DNA of 64,000 nt from an uncultured Nitrososphaerales archaeon (GTDB lineage Archaea > Thermoproteota > Nitrososphaeria > Nitrososphaerales > Nitrososphaeraceae), in NCBI GenBank assembly GCA_963713605.1, contig CAVQMO010000001.1, forward strand, positions 96,001 through 160,000. Direction: 5' to 3'. The translations under genes and the position numbers were made by a program. The notes beneath the pieces were generated by a model. The model worked only from the letters and a program-made list of their open reading frames with translations. It was not told where the DNA came from and ran no database searches. Each line of letters opens with the position of its first letter. The stretch's first letter is position 1. This document shows, in pieces, positions 34,754 to 44,714 of this stretch.

Positions 34754-35101
34754 TTATCGCTTCCCAGATGATTCCCTCACTGCAAGACCATATTCAAGCC
34801 TTGATTTTTTGCGCATATATGGAATGAGCCTGTAATGGATTGAGTAAATCCAGGTCTTGTGCTCATAATCCTTCTTCAGGATATCCTTTATAAGCAATGA
34901 CACTAGCCCACCAGATAGCTTGGATACAGGGATAGTATTAATTTTACAAAATTCATTCCTCTTGCACTGATATTCCTTTAGCGTAAAATAAGGACGATTT
35001 ACTTGAATGATGAGAGGCCACACTATATACTCCCATACTAATCTCCGATAGTATGTAGAGTGGGCATGCTTTCCTTTCTCCTTAGTTCTAGATCTCATCA
35101 T
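34754..35101 (-). CDS. Hypothetical basic protein
   Basis: 115 aa ORF, possible winged-helix (SKLSGGLVSLLIKDIL..YSIHY). Confidence 0.6.
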   Translation of the reverse strand: MMRSRTKEKGKHAHSTYYRRLVWEYIVWPLIIQVNRPYFTLKEYQCKRNEFCKINTIPVSKLSGGLVSLLIKDILKKDYEHKTWIYSIHYRLIPYMRKKSRLEYGLAVRESSGKR

Positions 35102-35275
35102 TCACAGGCCAATATGAAATCAATAATCAGAAGTTAATTTATTATTTTTGATAGATGTGTGAGTGGTCGGCCTAGATGTATCCTGCAAGTGTGAGGGGAT
35201 CAAACGATACACTTTGGTTGGTTAAGATTTTACAGATTTGGCATTCAAAGCATCTTGAGTGAAGTATTCCTACCA

Positions 35276-35302
35276 CTAGTTGGGTTGATATAACCCAACT
35301 AG
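35276..35302. repeat. Perfect 11-bp inverted repeat downstream of FTR1
   Basis: CTAGTTGGGTT-gatat-AACCCAACTAG. Confidence 0.6.
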
Positions 35303-35383
35303 AGAGCAAATCTCCATGGATTGTATTTAGTGAATAGACCTCGCTCCTCTCTCCGTACCGCAGGTAGGCTTTGATGTCTCTAC

Positions 35384-37812
35384 CTATGACGATCTCATTC
35401 CACCCTTCTTTCTTTGTAGATCCGCCATAGATTTTCGTGCACTTTCGATAGCTTTCTGTCTTCGGGGCTTCAAAATCAGTATATAAAGGGAGCCTATCAA
35501 GTATATGGAAAGGAGAACAATTTGAGCAATCACAGATTCTAGTGTGGGATGGATACCTGTCATGGTTGCAAGGTTAATATCCAACCTAGGAACTATGCCG
35601 ACCAGTGGAGTAGTAGATACTATTCCTAATTCTTGCAATTCTCTGACTGCATTGCCCATGAATGCTATGGACATGTATGCTCCTATCCCCATGGTTAAGG
35701 CAAAGAGTACCCTTAAGGGCAACCTTCTGCCAAGCCTGTTGATTAAAATAGCAACACCAATGATCACCGCTAGTCCTATGACCATACCTGCAATAACATA
35801 CAACTCCATGTACTTTGCAAAGGATAGCATGGCTTGGTAAAACAAGACGGTTTCAAAACCTTCCCTATAGACCGTGAAAAACGCCAGAGCAACAAATACA
35901 ATTACACTACCCGTTGTAGTGGCCTTCCAGACCTTTGCTTTAACAAATTCGATCCATTTCTTGGTTTCGATCTTGTTTAGTACCCAGAAGCTCACCCAAA
36001 AAAGAACTGCTACAGCTGAAAGTCCAGCCACTGCCTCTATCAATTCCCTATTCGCTCCAGAAATCTCAATTACATACTGTGCCACAAACCAAGTTGCAGC
36101 TGTAGCAACTACTGCAATTAGAATCCCGTAGTAGACATGCTTTTTGAAGCGTGCATTTCTTGACGCTTGCAGATACGTTAGAATAGCGCCTATTATTAAG
36201 GCTGATTCAAGACCTTCTCTGAATATAATTGAAAAGGAAGTCGAGAATGCAATTGCAGGTGCCACAATTCCCACCCCGGACACAAGTCTCTCTGATTCGT
36301 CTAAGCCTCTTCTAATTTCTATGGTCTTTGCTTCGACTTCCTGTAGTGGTACATGCTCGCTGAAGTAGGTTCCTTAATTCAGCAAATCTAATCTCCATCT
36401 CAAGTGTAAAATCGGGGTCTATTGGCCTTAGCGGAATTTCAACGACTTCATAACTATCTAGATATGCCGACCGTGCGGCCAAAAGTGCACCTTCGTAATT
36501 CTTATTCTCATATATTCTAAGCATCTCACTTAGTTTCAATCTTATCCGGTCTATGTTGTTTCTCACAGATTCCTTTGCTGGATCATCTGCTTCTCCCATC
36601 TGCCGGAATTCGCCAGTATAAGTACCGAAGCCTTGCCTCAATCCTTGAATATTTGCAAGTGAAGACCCGCCGCTAGCTGTTGTATTAATATTCAAATTCG
36701 AACGGTATTCAGGATCATTTTTGAGCAAATCCTCAGCTTGGTCCAATTTGCCTAGGATAGCTGTGATAAAACCACTAATCCCTTGTGGAGATTGTTCCTC
36801 CCTTATCATTTGACGAAGTTCTTCCCTCATCTCTATTTCGATATCGAGCATCAAGTCGGGATCGTGTTTTTCGATAGGCGCTTCCAGATATTCGAAGTTA
36901 TCTAGATATGCTTTGATTGCAGTTGCGTCTGCAGCTTTATAGTCGCCCTCGTTCACCGACACAATAGTACTGTTAAGCAGATCCCTTGTAGTAGAAAAGT
37001 ATTTTGCCTGTTCTGATGCGCTCTCACTGCCACCACTTAAAGTTAGTTCCTCTGTAAAGTCTCGTTCAATTGCAGAAGCAACACTTACTACAGTATCAAA
37101 TGGAGTATCATTGTTCATACTTACCTGTATCTGTTGATAAAAAGATCTAATTTCATCTCGTCTCCTCTCATCAACGGAGTCCGCAACCCTTTCAAAATCT
37201 GCAAGTGACGTGTTTACCAACCCTAATGAGTTCTGAAGATTAAATGTGCTAGATTCATCCTGGATAGCTGAAGCGTTAGCTGAGCTTGTAGGATTGAATT
37301 GCGTCTTCCAGAAGCACAGCTGAGGCCTGCAGGAAAAATCCCTTATCTTCAGCAAAGCCTTGTCCTGCAATTGAGTTCGAGAGGCCGTTCAATAGGTTGT
37401 TTATCGTTACGACATCAGATTCTATATTGGAATTTGCGACTTCTGGGCTATTTGAAGCTCGAATCTTAATTGGAAAATCAGTAAGTAGTGCTTCAAGACT
37501 TTTTGAAGATGCTGGGTCTGTTTGACTTAATAAGGGCCTAATTACTGGGAAGGTAACCGAATGAGGAATATAGGCATGCTGGAATGCAGATTCGAGGTCA
37601 CCGCTGTTTAAACTATATTGCGTGAGGTTAAGTTGAGTTCCAATCCTTTCTAGATTGATGAAAACTATAAGTGGATCTGCCGATTGTTGGTTTTCGGCTG
37701 GTAGCTGCGCGATTCCATCATCGATAAAAAATGAGGAAATAACTAAGTTACTAGCAGCAAGAATCAAAAACGCTAAAAACAACGATTCTGTTAAGCGTCT
37801 GCTCAGACTCAT
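35384..37812 (-). CDS. FTR1-family iron permease with large extracellular N-terminal region (two frameshifts)
   Basis: REGLE and REGFE motifs in TM domain 35384..36283; signal helix and AYLD-motif domains in 36312..37812. Confidence 0.9.
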
Positions 37813-37815
37813 CTA

Positions 37816-37829
37816 TTAGGCTAACCTAA
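37816..37829. promoter_or_regulatory. DtxR/IdeR-like operator at FTR1 start
   Basis: TTAGGCTAACCTAA, 4-17 nt upstream of the FTR1 ATG. Confidence 0.75.
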
Positions 37830-37901
37830 GACTCACAAATAAATAGATTTCTTTTATTAGACATCGATTGGGTCATAGATGAAAATAATACTGTTTAAAT
37901 A

Positions 37902-37929
37902 TTAGGATTTCCTAATTAGGAAAGTCTAA
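37902..37929. promoter_or_regulatory. Tandem TTAG-N6-CTAA operators between TATA and ATG
   Basis: TTTAAATA (37894-37901), then TTAGGATTTCCTAA and TTAGGAAAGTCTAA, ATG at 37932. Confidence 0.75.
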
Positions 37930-37931
37930 CA

Positions 37932-38126
37932 ATGGAAAAGGCTTTCAAATTTCTCGAAAGTATAAATAAGAATGAAAAAATTGAAAAAGTTGAAGAAATA
38001 GATTTAACGACCTATATTTGTGACAATACTGATGGGATTTTGGATCCTTTAGACCAGATTACTTATGGATTGAACGAGGTTCAGGTTACGTACGGCAATG
38101 TGGTGGTCTTGAAAGATGCACCTTGA
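37932..38126 (+). CDS. Small acidic hypothetical protein
   Basis: 64 aa ORF directly after TATA and tandem operators. Confidence 0.65.
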   Translation: MEKAFKFLESINKNEKIEKVEEIDLTTYICDNTDGILDPLDQITYGLNEVQVTYGNVVVLKDAP

Positions 38127-38132
38127 TGAAAA

Positions 38133-38393
38133 ATGTCTCCGCCAAACTCTTCGGATAAAAATCCTATTGAGGATGACAAGGCCGATGAGGTGAAGGCGTT
38201 AATATCTAGATATATGCTTTTGAAAATTGAACAAAGAAAGATCGAGAATAAGTTGAATGAGGTAATAAAATACTATGACACCGAATCTCTTAGAATTATC
38301 TTCGAACCAATAGGTGACTCTATAATGGGAACCATTGGATTGGAACTTCCTCATAGGAAGAACGAAAAGGATATATCGCAGAATCAAACTTAA
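38133..38393 (+). CDS. Small hypothetical protein
   Basis: 86 aa ORF 6 nt after the preceding ORF, probable operon. Confidence 0.6.
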   Translation: MSPPNSSDKNPIEDDKADEVKALISRYMLLKIEQRKIENKLNEVIKYYDTESLRIIFEPIGDSIMGTIGLELPHRKNEKDISQNQT

Positions 38394-38630
38394 ATGCAGG
38401 CATATGCTGTTTATATTTAAAGGCTGATTCCGTTTTGAAGGCTAATTCCAAGTTGCAGCTGAATGCAGTTTCATTTCTTTGAATATATTAAATATCTTAT
38501 ATAAATCTGAGATTAAGGCTTAGAAAGATCATCAATTTTGTGATATCAGCAGGCGAAAGTGTAGAACGAATATTTTTAATATTATTTGGAATTATTTTGC
38601 GGTTTCTACAAATCTATCTACGCTTTATTA

Positions 38631-38644
38631 TTAGTTCGTACTAA
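38631..38644. promoter_or_regulatory. TTAG-N6-CTAA site upstream of the ferritin-gene TATA box
   Basis: TTAGTTCGTACTAA; TATA-like TTATTAAATA at 38656-38665; ATG 38697. Confidence 0.6.
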
Positions 38645-38696
38645 ATTGTTGAATATTATTAAATAGGAGTATATCTATATAGATATTGATTATAAA

Positions 38697-39182
38697 ATGG
38701 GCAAAATGGGAAAAGAAATAGCTGGCTCTGGTGTAGAAGGCACAATAGAGATGCTAAAGACTGCATATGCTGGAGAGTTGTCGGCGTTTCATTATTTCTG
38801 GTACGTTTCTCAGAATATAGAGGGACTAGGCGTGCTGGAACAAAAGTTTTTTGAAGAACGAGCAGATGAAGAACTGGGACACGCTAAAAAAGTCTCCGTT
38901 AGACTAATGCAGCTAGGAACTAATGCCAAAGACGACCCTGCCTTGTGGGAACAAGAAAGTGGATTGGGCAAACTACAACCTTCAAGGTATTTGACACTTC
39001 GAAGTGCTTTAGAGAAAGCTTTGGAATTCGAAAGGAGCGTTATCAAATTATACAATGATCTTGCGAATAACGTTAAGGATAAAGACCACGGTACCTACCA
39101 TCTGGCACTAGACTTACTTGATGCAGAGCTGGAGGACGAACAGACAATTGAGGACATACTCGCAAAGCTGGAAATCCATTGA
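38697..39182 (+). CDS. Ferritin-like protein (bacterioferritin/DPS-like)
   Basis: AYAGELSA..Y, DEELGHA..RL.QLG, ALEFE..I..Y, D..TY.L...L..E diiron-type motifs. Confidence 0.88.
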   Translation: MGKMGKEIAGSGVEGTIEMLKTAYAGELSAFHYFWYVSQNIEGLGVLEQKFFEERADEELGHAKKVSVRLMQLGTNAKDDPALWEQESGLGKLQPSRYLTLRSALEKALEFERSVIKLYNDLANNVKDKDHGTYHLALDLLDAELEDEQTIEDILAKLEIH

Positions 39183-39287
39183 GTACTTCTGCAATATTTT
39201 TTGACACTTTTTTCTTTCATTTCCTCAAATTAATTGTAAAGTAATTGAAGCTCTCAACCTTATTGTAAATAATCTTGTAAAAGTGGC

Positions 39288-40543
39288 TTAGCCCCATACT
39301 TTCTCCCTGAAAGTCCATTTCTTATTAAGTATAAAATTACTTATTGAAGCTGCAGCTACTGCACAAATGAGCGATAGATTATAAGATATTCCAGATTCAA
39401 CCATAAGATAGACTAACGTAAGCTGTATAGAAATCCCTAAAGAGCTGAAAATAAGAAACAACCCGTATTGTTTCAAAGTGTAAAGCACTGAAAACTTTTT
39501 GTCTTCAAACGTCCAAATCTTATTCAAGAGGAAATTAGTGGTTATTGAGACAGCTATTCCTATTGCGGTAGCCTGAACATACCAAAAATTAGCCAAGGTT
39601 CCATTAGAGAGTAGAAAAGAAACCAAGAAATTGATTACTAGTCCGCTGGCTCCTACAGTGAAGAACCTAGCTGCTTTTGACAGGAATAATACAGAATCTT
39701 CTGTGTTCTGTACCTCTCCAATCTTTTTTGCGATTTTCTTCCGTACTTGTATAGACTCCAAACTGCCTTAGTATAATCCACTAAGACCCTGAGATCCAGT
39801 TTACTATTCCCATATTTTCTCACAGTAAATGTATATGGAATCTCTTTTACGGTAACGTAACTCTGTTTCTTAACCAATATTTCAAGCAAAATCTTGAACC
39901 CTTGGGTATTGAAATCGATGTCCTTTAAAACATGACGTGGTAAAGCAAAAAATCCGGACATTGGGTCTCGAACTTCCTTTACGTTGAGGCCATACCTTGC
40001 AATTCCAGTCGCACCAAAACTAATTAAAAGTCTCTTTAATGGTACACCTACAATAGTGCCTCCCTTTGCGTACCTTGAACCAATCACGACACAATTAGAT
40101 TCGTTCTTGAGTTCACTTATGATGCGAGGTATAAGTTGAGGAGGGTGCGAAAAGTCAGCATCCATTACTAGTATGTTCTTCCCTCTCGAGGTCTTGATAC
40201 CATCAAGCACTGCACACATCAAGCCATCACGTCTCTGCCTATGAATAACCTTGATTGTCGGTGGGCGACTGTCGTTATGGCTTACGTCAAAATCACTCTC
40301 TAGTACAAACTTATCAACTAGAGAACCAGTCCCATCTGGAGAATTATCATCAATTATCAAAATTTCCGTCCTAATATCTTGAGGGATCTTGCTCGTAATT
40401 TCTCTTACTAGCCTGATGATATTTTCGCTTTCGTTATAGGTAGGTATAACAATTGACAAGAAAGTAGAGGATGTTTCTTCGATATGAGATGTCTCATTTT
40501 CTTGATGAGTTTGAAATAACTCAGCTGCTCTTTGATCCCTCAA
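39288..40543 (-). CDS. GT2 polyprenol-phosphate glycosyltransferase fused to GtrA domain (frameshift near 39720)
   Basis: SIVIPTYNE, IDDNSPDGT, MDADFSHPP, DPMSGFF; GtrA ARFFTVGASG..NFLLNKIWTF. Confidence 0.88.
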
Positions 40544-40676
40544 TGGTCGAATATGTTATAAAATATTATATATATATACTCCCGTTTGATTCTCAATAGA
40601 GAAAAACAAAATATGATAAATTGACGATCCTATTATAAGGTCAGAAAACTAAGATGTACATTTATCGATCTAAAAT

Positions 40677-41839
40677 ATGTTTAAATGTTTCAATAAAATT
40701 CGAATAAATTATAATATTTTGGCATCTGTTTTGATTCTAATGATGTTTTCGATGACATACTTAGGGCTTTCAATCCAAAATTATGCTTTGGCGTCGTTAC
40801 CTTGCGAAATTAGAAATGAAATGAAATCAGAGAATAGTGAAATTAACTTCTACTCATTAGTTCCGACCAATATTTCAGTAATGCCAGAATCATTACCTGC
40901 GGGTAACTTGTATCTTTCTCCAATTTTTTCTAACGGAACTGCCACGTATACCAGAAACCTGACCGATGAATTATTTCCCTTTCAACTAGATCGCATTGGA
41001 TCTCCAATGTCTCGTCCAACTACCGAAGTTGCTGCTCCGTTCTTGGTGATACTATTTACATAATATGTGGTTATGATGAGGGTGGTTGATATGGTAGAAT
41101 TGTACATTGCAACGTCTGATTCTTGGGGGAAGGGATTGCTCAACTACCTCTTCCGCTGCACCATACTTCTGCGGCTTCATATCAAGGTAAGATCTATGTC
41201 GCTGGAGGCTATACGGGAGATTGGCGCGAGCGACAGATTGTTTACTTATGATCCAACAACCAATGAATGGACTCAAGGTAAACCTATGCCTACTCCAAGA
41301 GGTTATCCTACTGCAAATTTCGTAAATGGTACCCTATGTCGTAGGAGGCGATGGCGGAGCTACTAATGAAAGGTCGTTGAATGCTACTTAATCATTTGAT
41401 CCTGTCACGAACAAATGGACTAGTCACGCCTCTATGCCCACAGCTAGGCATCACGCAGCATTCGCCGTAGTGGATGGTAAATTGTATGTAGTTGGAGGGA
41501 GAATTGGAGAGGAATTCAACAATGTAGATCTCGCTGAGGTGTATGACCCTGTTTTAGACAGTTGGACTACAAATCTTGAACCGAAGCCTTCAAAAAGAAG
41601 CGGAATAGGTGCGGTTTCATTAAATGGAGCAATCTACGTCCTGGGTGGAGAACTGACTCCAACCACTTTTCGATAATAACGAAACATACGATCCAGACAG
41701 GCATAAAGTCATTTTATTTTTTGCCGATAGCGACACGTCTAGCGATAACAAGCTTTTCATTTGCTCGGAGTGTAGAGCAAGGTGTAAATCTGAAGATTTG
41801 TTGAATGAACATATGTATGAAGAACATGGAAAGCAATAA
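40677..41839 (+). pseudogene. Kelch-repeat secreted protein, fragmented; last frame reads into a C2H2 finger
   Basis: Kelch fragments YDPTTNEW..MPTPR, MPTARHH..KLYVVGG, AIYVLGG in several frames; last frame FDNNETYDP...CSECRARCKSEDLLNEHMYEEHGKQ*. Confidence 0.65.
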
Positions 41840-42005
41840 TTAACGCTGATATGTTCCTCATATTTCATCCATTGCAGTTTGAATCTGTGTGTCCTTTTAT
41901 CCCATAAATCGACTGAATAGATCAGGCGGTCCAAATCATATGTCTTTAATTAGGTATTTTAATTGCGAAAGTCTCTCCAAAGAGAATCATAAACAAGGAT
42001 AAATA

Positions 42006-42033
42006 TTAGCCTAACCTAATTAGTATTAACTAA
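42006..42033. promoter_or_regulatory. Tandem TTAG-N6-CTAA operators
   Basis: TTAGCCTAACCTAA and TTAGTATTAACTAA after GATAAATA; no sizeable ORF downstream. Confidence 0.75.
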
Positions 42034-42034
42034 T

Positions 42035-42175
42035 ACGGTGAACAACTAACTATTGGAATGTCTGGGATTGGCATCTATGGAAATTCCAATAGAAGAACGC
42101 TGCAAACGCCAGGTCAGAAAATACACCTCCTACTCGATTGGATTATAACTACAACCTAACCCAATCGAGTAGGTC
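42035..42175 (+). ncRNA. Candidate iron-regulated small RNA (two hairpins)
   Basis: Inverted repeats 42050-42059/42083-42092 and 42129-42141/42161-42173; diverged copy at ~48035-48140. Confidence 0.4.
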
Positions 42176-42522
42176 TCCAACCAACTTGGTATGAACCAAA
42201 AGCATAGTTATTATCAAATATGAAGGGTATCTAGAAGTCTTAACATTCAATCATGTCGCATTGCAAGAGCCTACGTGTATCTCAGACCATCACTCAGAAA
42301 ATGAGCATATTGAACATTTGACACAAAAAGGTTCAATATATGCGATCTTGTTTGCGGTAAAGCTTATGAGGCTATCCACAATTAGTTGCCCCAATATTAT
42401 TCCCAAAGACAATAATTGCTCCTAAGCGAATACTCTAAAAAATGGACAAGAAAGAATGAAGTGGTTATTGGAAAGATAGGCGTGTGGCGTATCAACCGAA
42501 CAGTTGCTGTGCAGTAATCAAA

Positions 42523-42747
42523 TTACCACCAACTGTATTTACCAATTGTTGCAAGAGGTACTCTGGTTTCGATTGCATTTTGAATATCTTCTCTTATCAT
42601 TATTTCAGTTGCTTTCATCAAAGCTGGATTTAGTTGACCCAACGGAGCCTCTAGGAACTCGTAATTATCCAAATAAGCAATTTGTGCTAATTCCACTGCA
42701 CCAGTGAAATTCTGATTACCGTATCCTACTACTGCTTGATTTAACAA
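42523..42747 (-). pseudogene. Fragment of the AYLD-motif helical domain found in the FTR1 N-terminus
   Basis: AYLDNYEFLEAPL..E.MIRED versus AYLDNFEYLEAPI..E.EMREE in FTR1. Confidence 0.6.
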
Positions 42748-42824
42748 GCTCTGAATCGTAGAGATTAGTTCTAGTGGTTCGCTAGTTGAAAAGATAGTTT
42801 ACTTAATAGAATTTTTGATTGCCT

Positions 42825-43140
42825 CTATTTTCTAACGTGAACAGCGAGCCCATTTTCATTGAGACATGCCTCGATTGCTTTTATCTTGCTTCTATAATAG
42901 AGCACCTTCTTTCCATTATCATCTATAGATGCCCTCTCCACAGACAGAATCCCAGCTTTTACACAATCTACCTATCTTCTTGTAGGTTGAACTCAATGGT
43001 AGCTTATTCTCCGTTGAGATCTGAAGCACCGTCTTTGCTGAGTACATAGTCGATGTAATTATTTTATAAGTAATCATTTCTGCGACTTCTCTTAACAACA
43101 ATAATGAACTATTTTCTCCGTAATCAGTTGAAAGGCTCAT
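42825..43140 (-). CDS. ArsR-like winged-helix transcriptional regulator (frameshift near 42955)
   Basis: KTVLQISTENKLPLSSTYKKIGRL, continued by GILSVERASIDDNGKKVLYYRSKI..* in another frame. Confidence 0.7.
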
Positions 43141-43146
43141 TTCCGA

Positions 43147-43174
43147 TTAGACTAACCTAATTAGTGTAGCCTAA
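43147..43174. promoter_or_regulatory. Tandem TTAG-N6-CTAA operators in the divergent HTH/dehydrogenase promoter
   Basis: TTAGACTAACCTAA and TTAGTGTAGCCTAA; minus-strand ATTTAAATA at 43183-43175. Confidence 0.75.
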
Positions 43175-43181
43175 TATTTAA

Positions 43182-44562
43182 ATGCTATCCATTAGGCGAA
43201 CAATACTAATAATTAATGATCTCAAAGGTTTTCATCTATCTTCATTACCACAACCAACCAATAATTCTTCACCCATGCAAAAAATGCCAAGTCTGAGGGA
43301 TCCGAATCTAAGAGTTGAACTCGTTGCGAGTGGGCTAAAATATCCAACTGCTATGGCATTCGTAGGAAATGATGACATTCTTGTGCTAGAAAAAAATAAT
43401 GACACCATACGAAGGATTGTGAATGGCAAATTGTTCGATAAGCTTGTCTCTTGGATATCAATGTCGCAAATAAGGTAGAAAGAGGATTGCTAGGTATTGC
43501 AGTTGCAAATCAGACATTGGGAAATGATATGTTTAACAAGACAGTCTATCATTTTTATACTCAGTCTACTGAGGATGGTAACGACCTGTGCCCGGGCGCA
43601 ACTAGTTGTGGCATACAAATCCTATAGGTAATAGAGTGTATCGATACGAATGGACTGGTAGCGAGTTTGTAAGTATGAGTTTGATTTTAGATTTGCTAGT
43701 TGGACCAGGAGCAGACCATAATGGAGGTGTATTGAAAAAAGGACCTGTTGGCTCTTGTAGGAGATGGTGACAGTTGCTGGGAGTTTTGGTGTGCTGGACC
43801 TTTTGAAACAAGTACCGTGAACTCTGAATCATCCAATGTTGTTACAGGAACTCCCCCCGGACGGAAGAAGTGGAATTCTGAGGATAACACCATTTGGTGA
43901 ACCCGTACTGGAGGGAAAAAATGGTACCACTGGTGTTCTAGCCGATCATAGTCCTCTTAACAAATACTATGCATTTGGCATAAGAAATGGTTTTGGAATT
44001 GCGTTCGATCCGGTTACTAGTAAAGCTCTAGGATACCGAAAATGGACCTGGATATGGTGATGAAATCAACCTTGTGGAACCTGGATTCAATAGCGAATGG
44101 TTAAGGGTACAAGGATGGTGGCCAGTTACTACCTCAAACCCATTGCCTGCTGCTAGGGGATATTTTGCGGATGATATGGTAACGGTACCAGCAATTTTAG
44201 AAACCTTCGCAGACAAGGGAAAATATAGTAGTCCTGAATTTGCTTGGAATATGTCTGTCGGCGTAACAGCCTTAGGCTCTGGAAATGCACTAGGAGAAGA
44301 ATATGAAAATAATATGTTCGTAGCAGATTATAACAATGACTATTTGTATGATTTCGAATTAAGCGAGGACAGAACAAAGTTGGACCTTGAGGGTGAGCTT
44401 GTAGATAAGACTGCAAACGATAATGGGGAACTTGAAAAGGTGGCATTAGGGCAGGGATTTGGGGTTATTACCGATAATAAGGAAGGACCAGACGGGTATC
44501 TATATTTGCTGTCGCACATCCACGGAAACATTTACCGGATAGTTCCAAATTTGCCCACATAA
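43182..44562 (+). pseudogene. PQQ-dependent glucose/sorbosone dehydrogenase family protein, multiple frameshifts
   Basis: GLKYPTAMAF, ERGLLGIA, HNGG, YYAFGIRNGFGIAFDP, EGPDGYLY..GNIYRI in different frames. Confidence 0.75.
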
Positions 44563-44714
44563 TTCAAACATGCTTCGCATGTTGCTGTGCAATCCAAAAT
44601 TAGTATTCTCAGCTGCCATACAAATATTTATGTGTCGCATCGATATCTCCTTTCCCCGTGAATGATTTTCTATGGGTTGAGAATCATTAACAGCCTATTA
44701 TGACTCGGTATACT

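Noticed and set aside
35172..35400. Open frame with CFECQIC downstream of FTR1 on the minus strand
   Set aside because: No convincing start codon and no recognisable family
42058..42159. Short peptides (33 aa MSGIGIYG.. or 23 aa MEIPIEER..) after the operators
   Set aside because: Frames are not conserved in the 48 kb copy (stop after 12 codons) whereas base pairing is; not fully excluded
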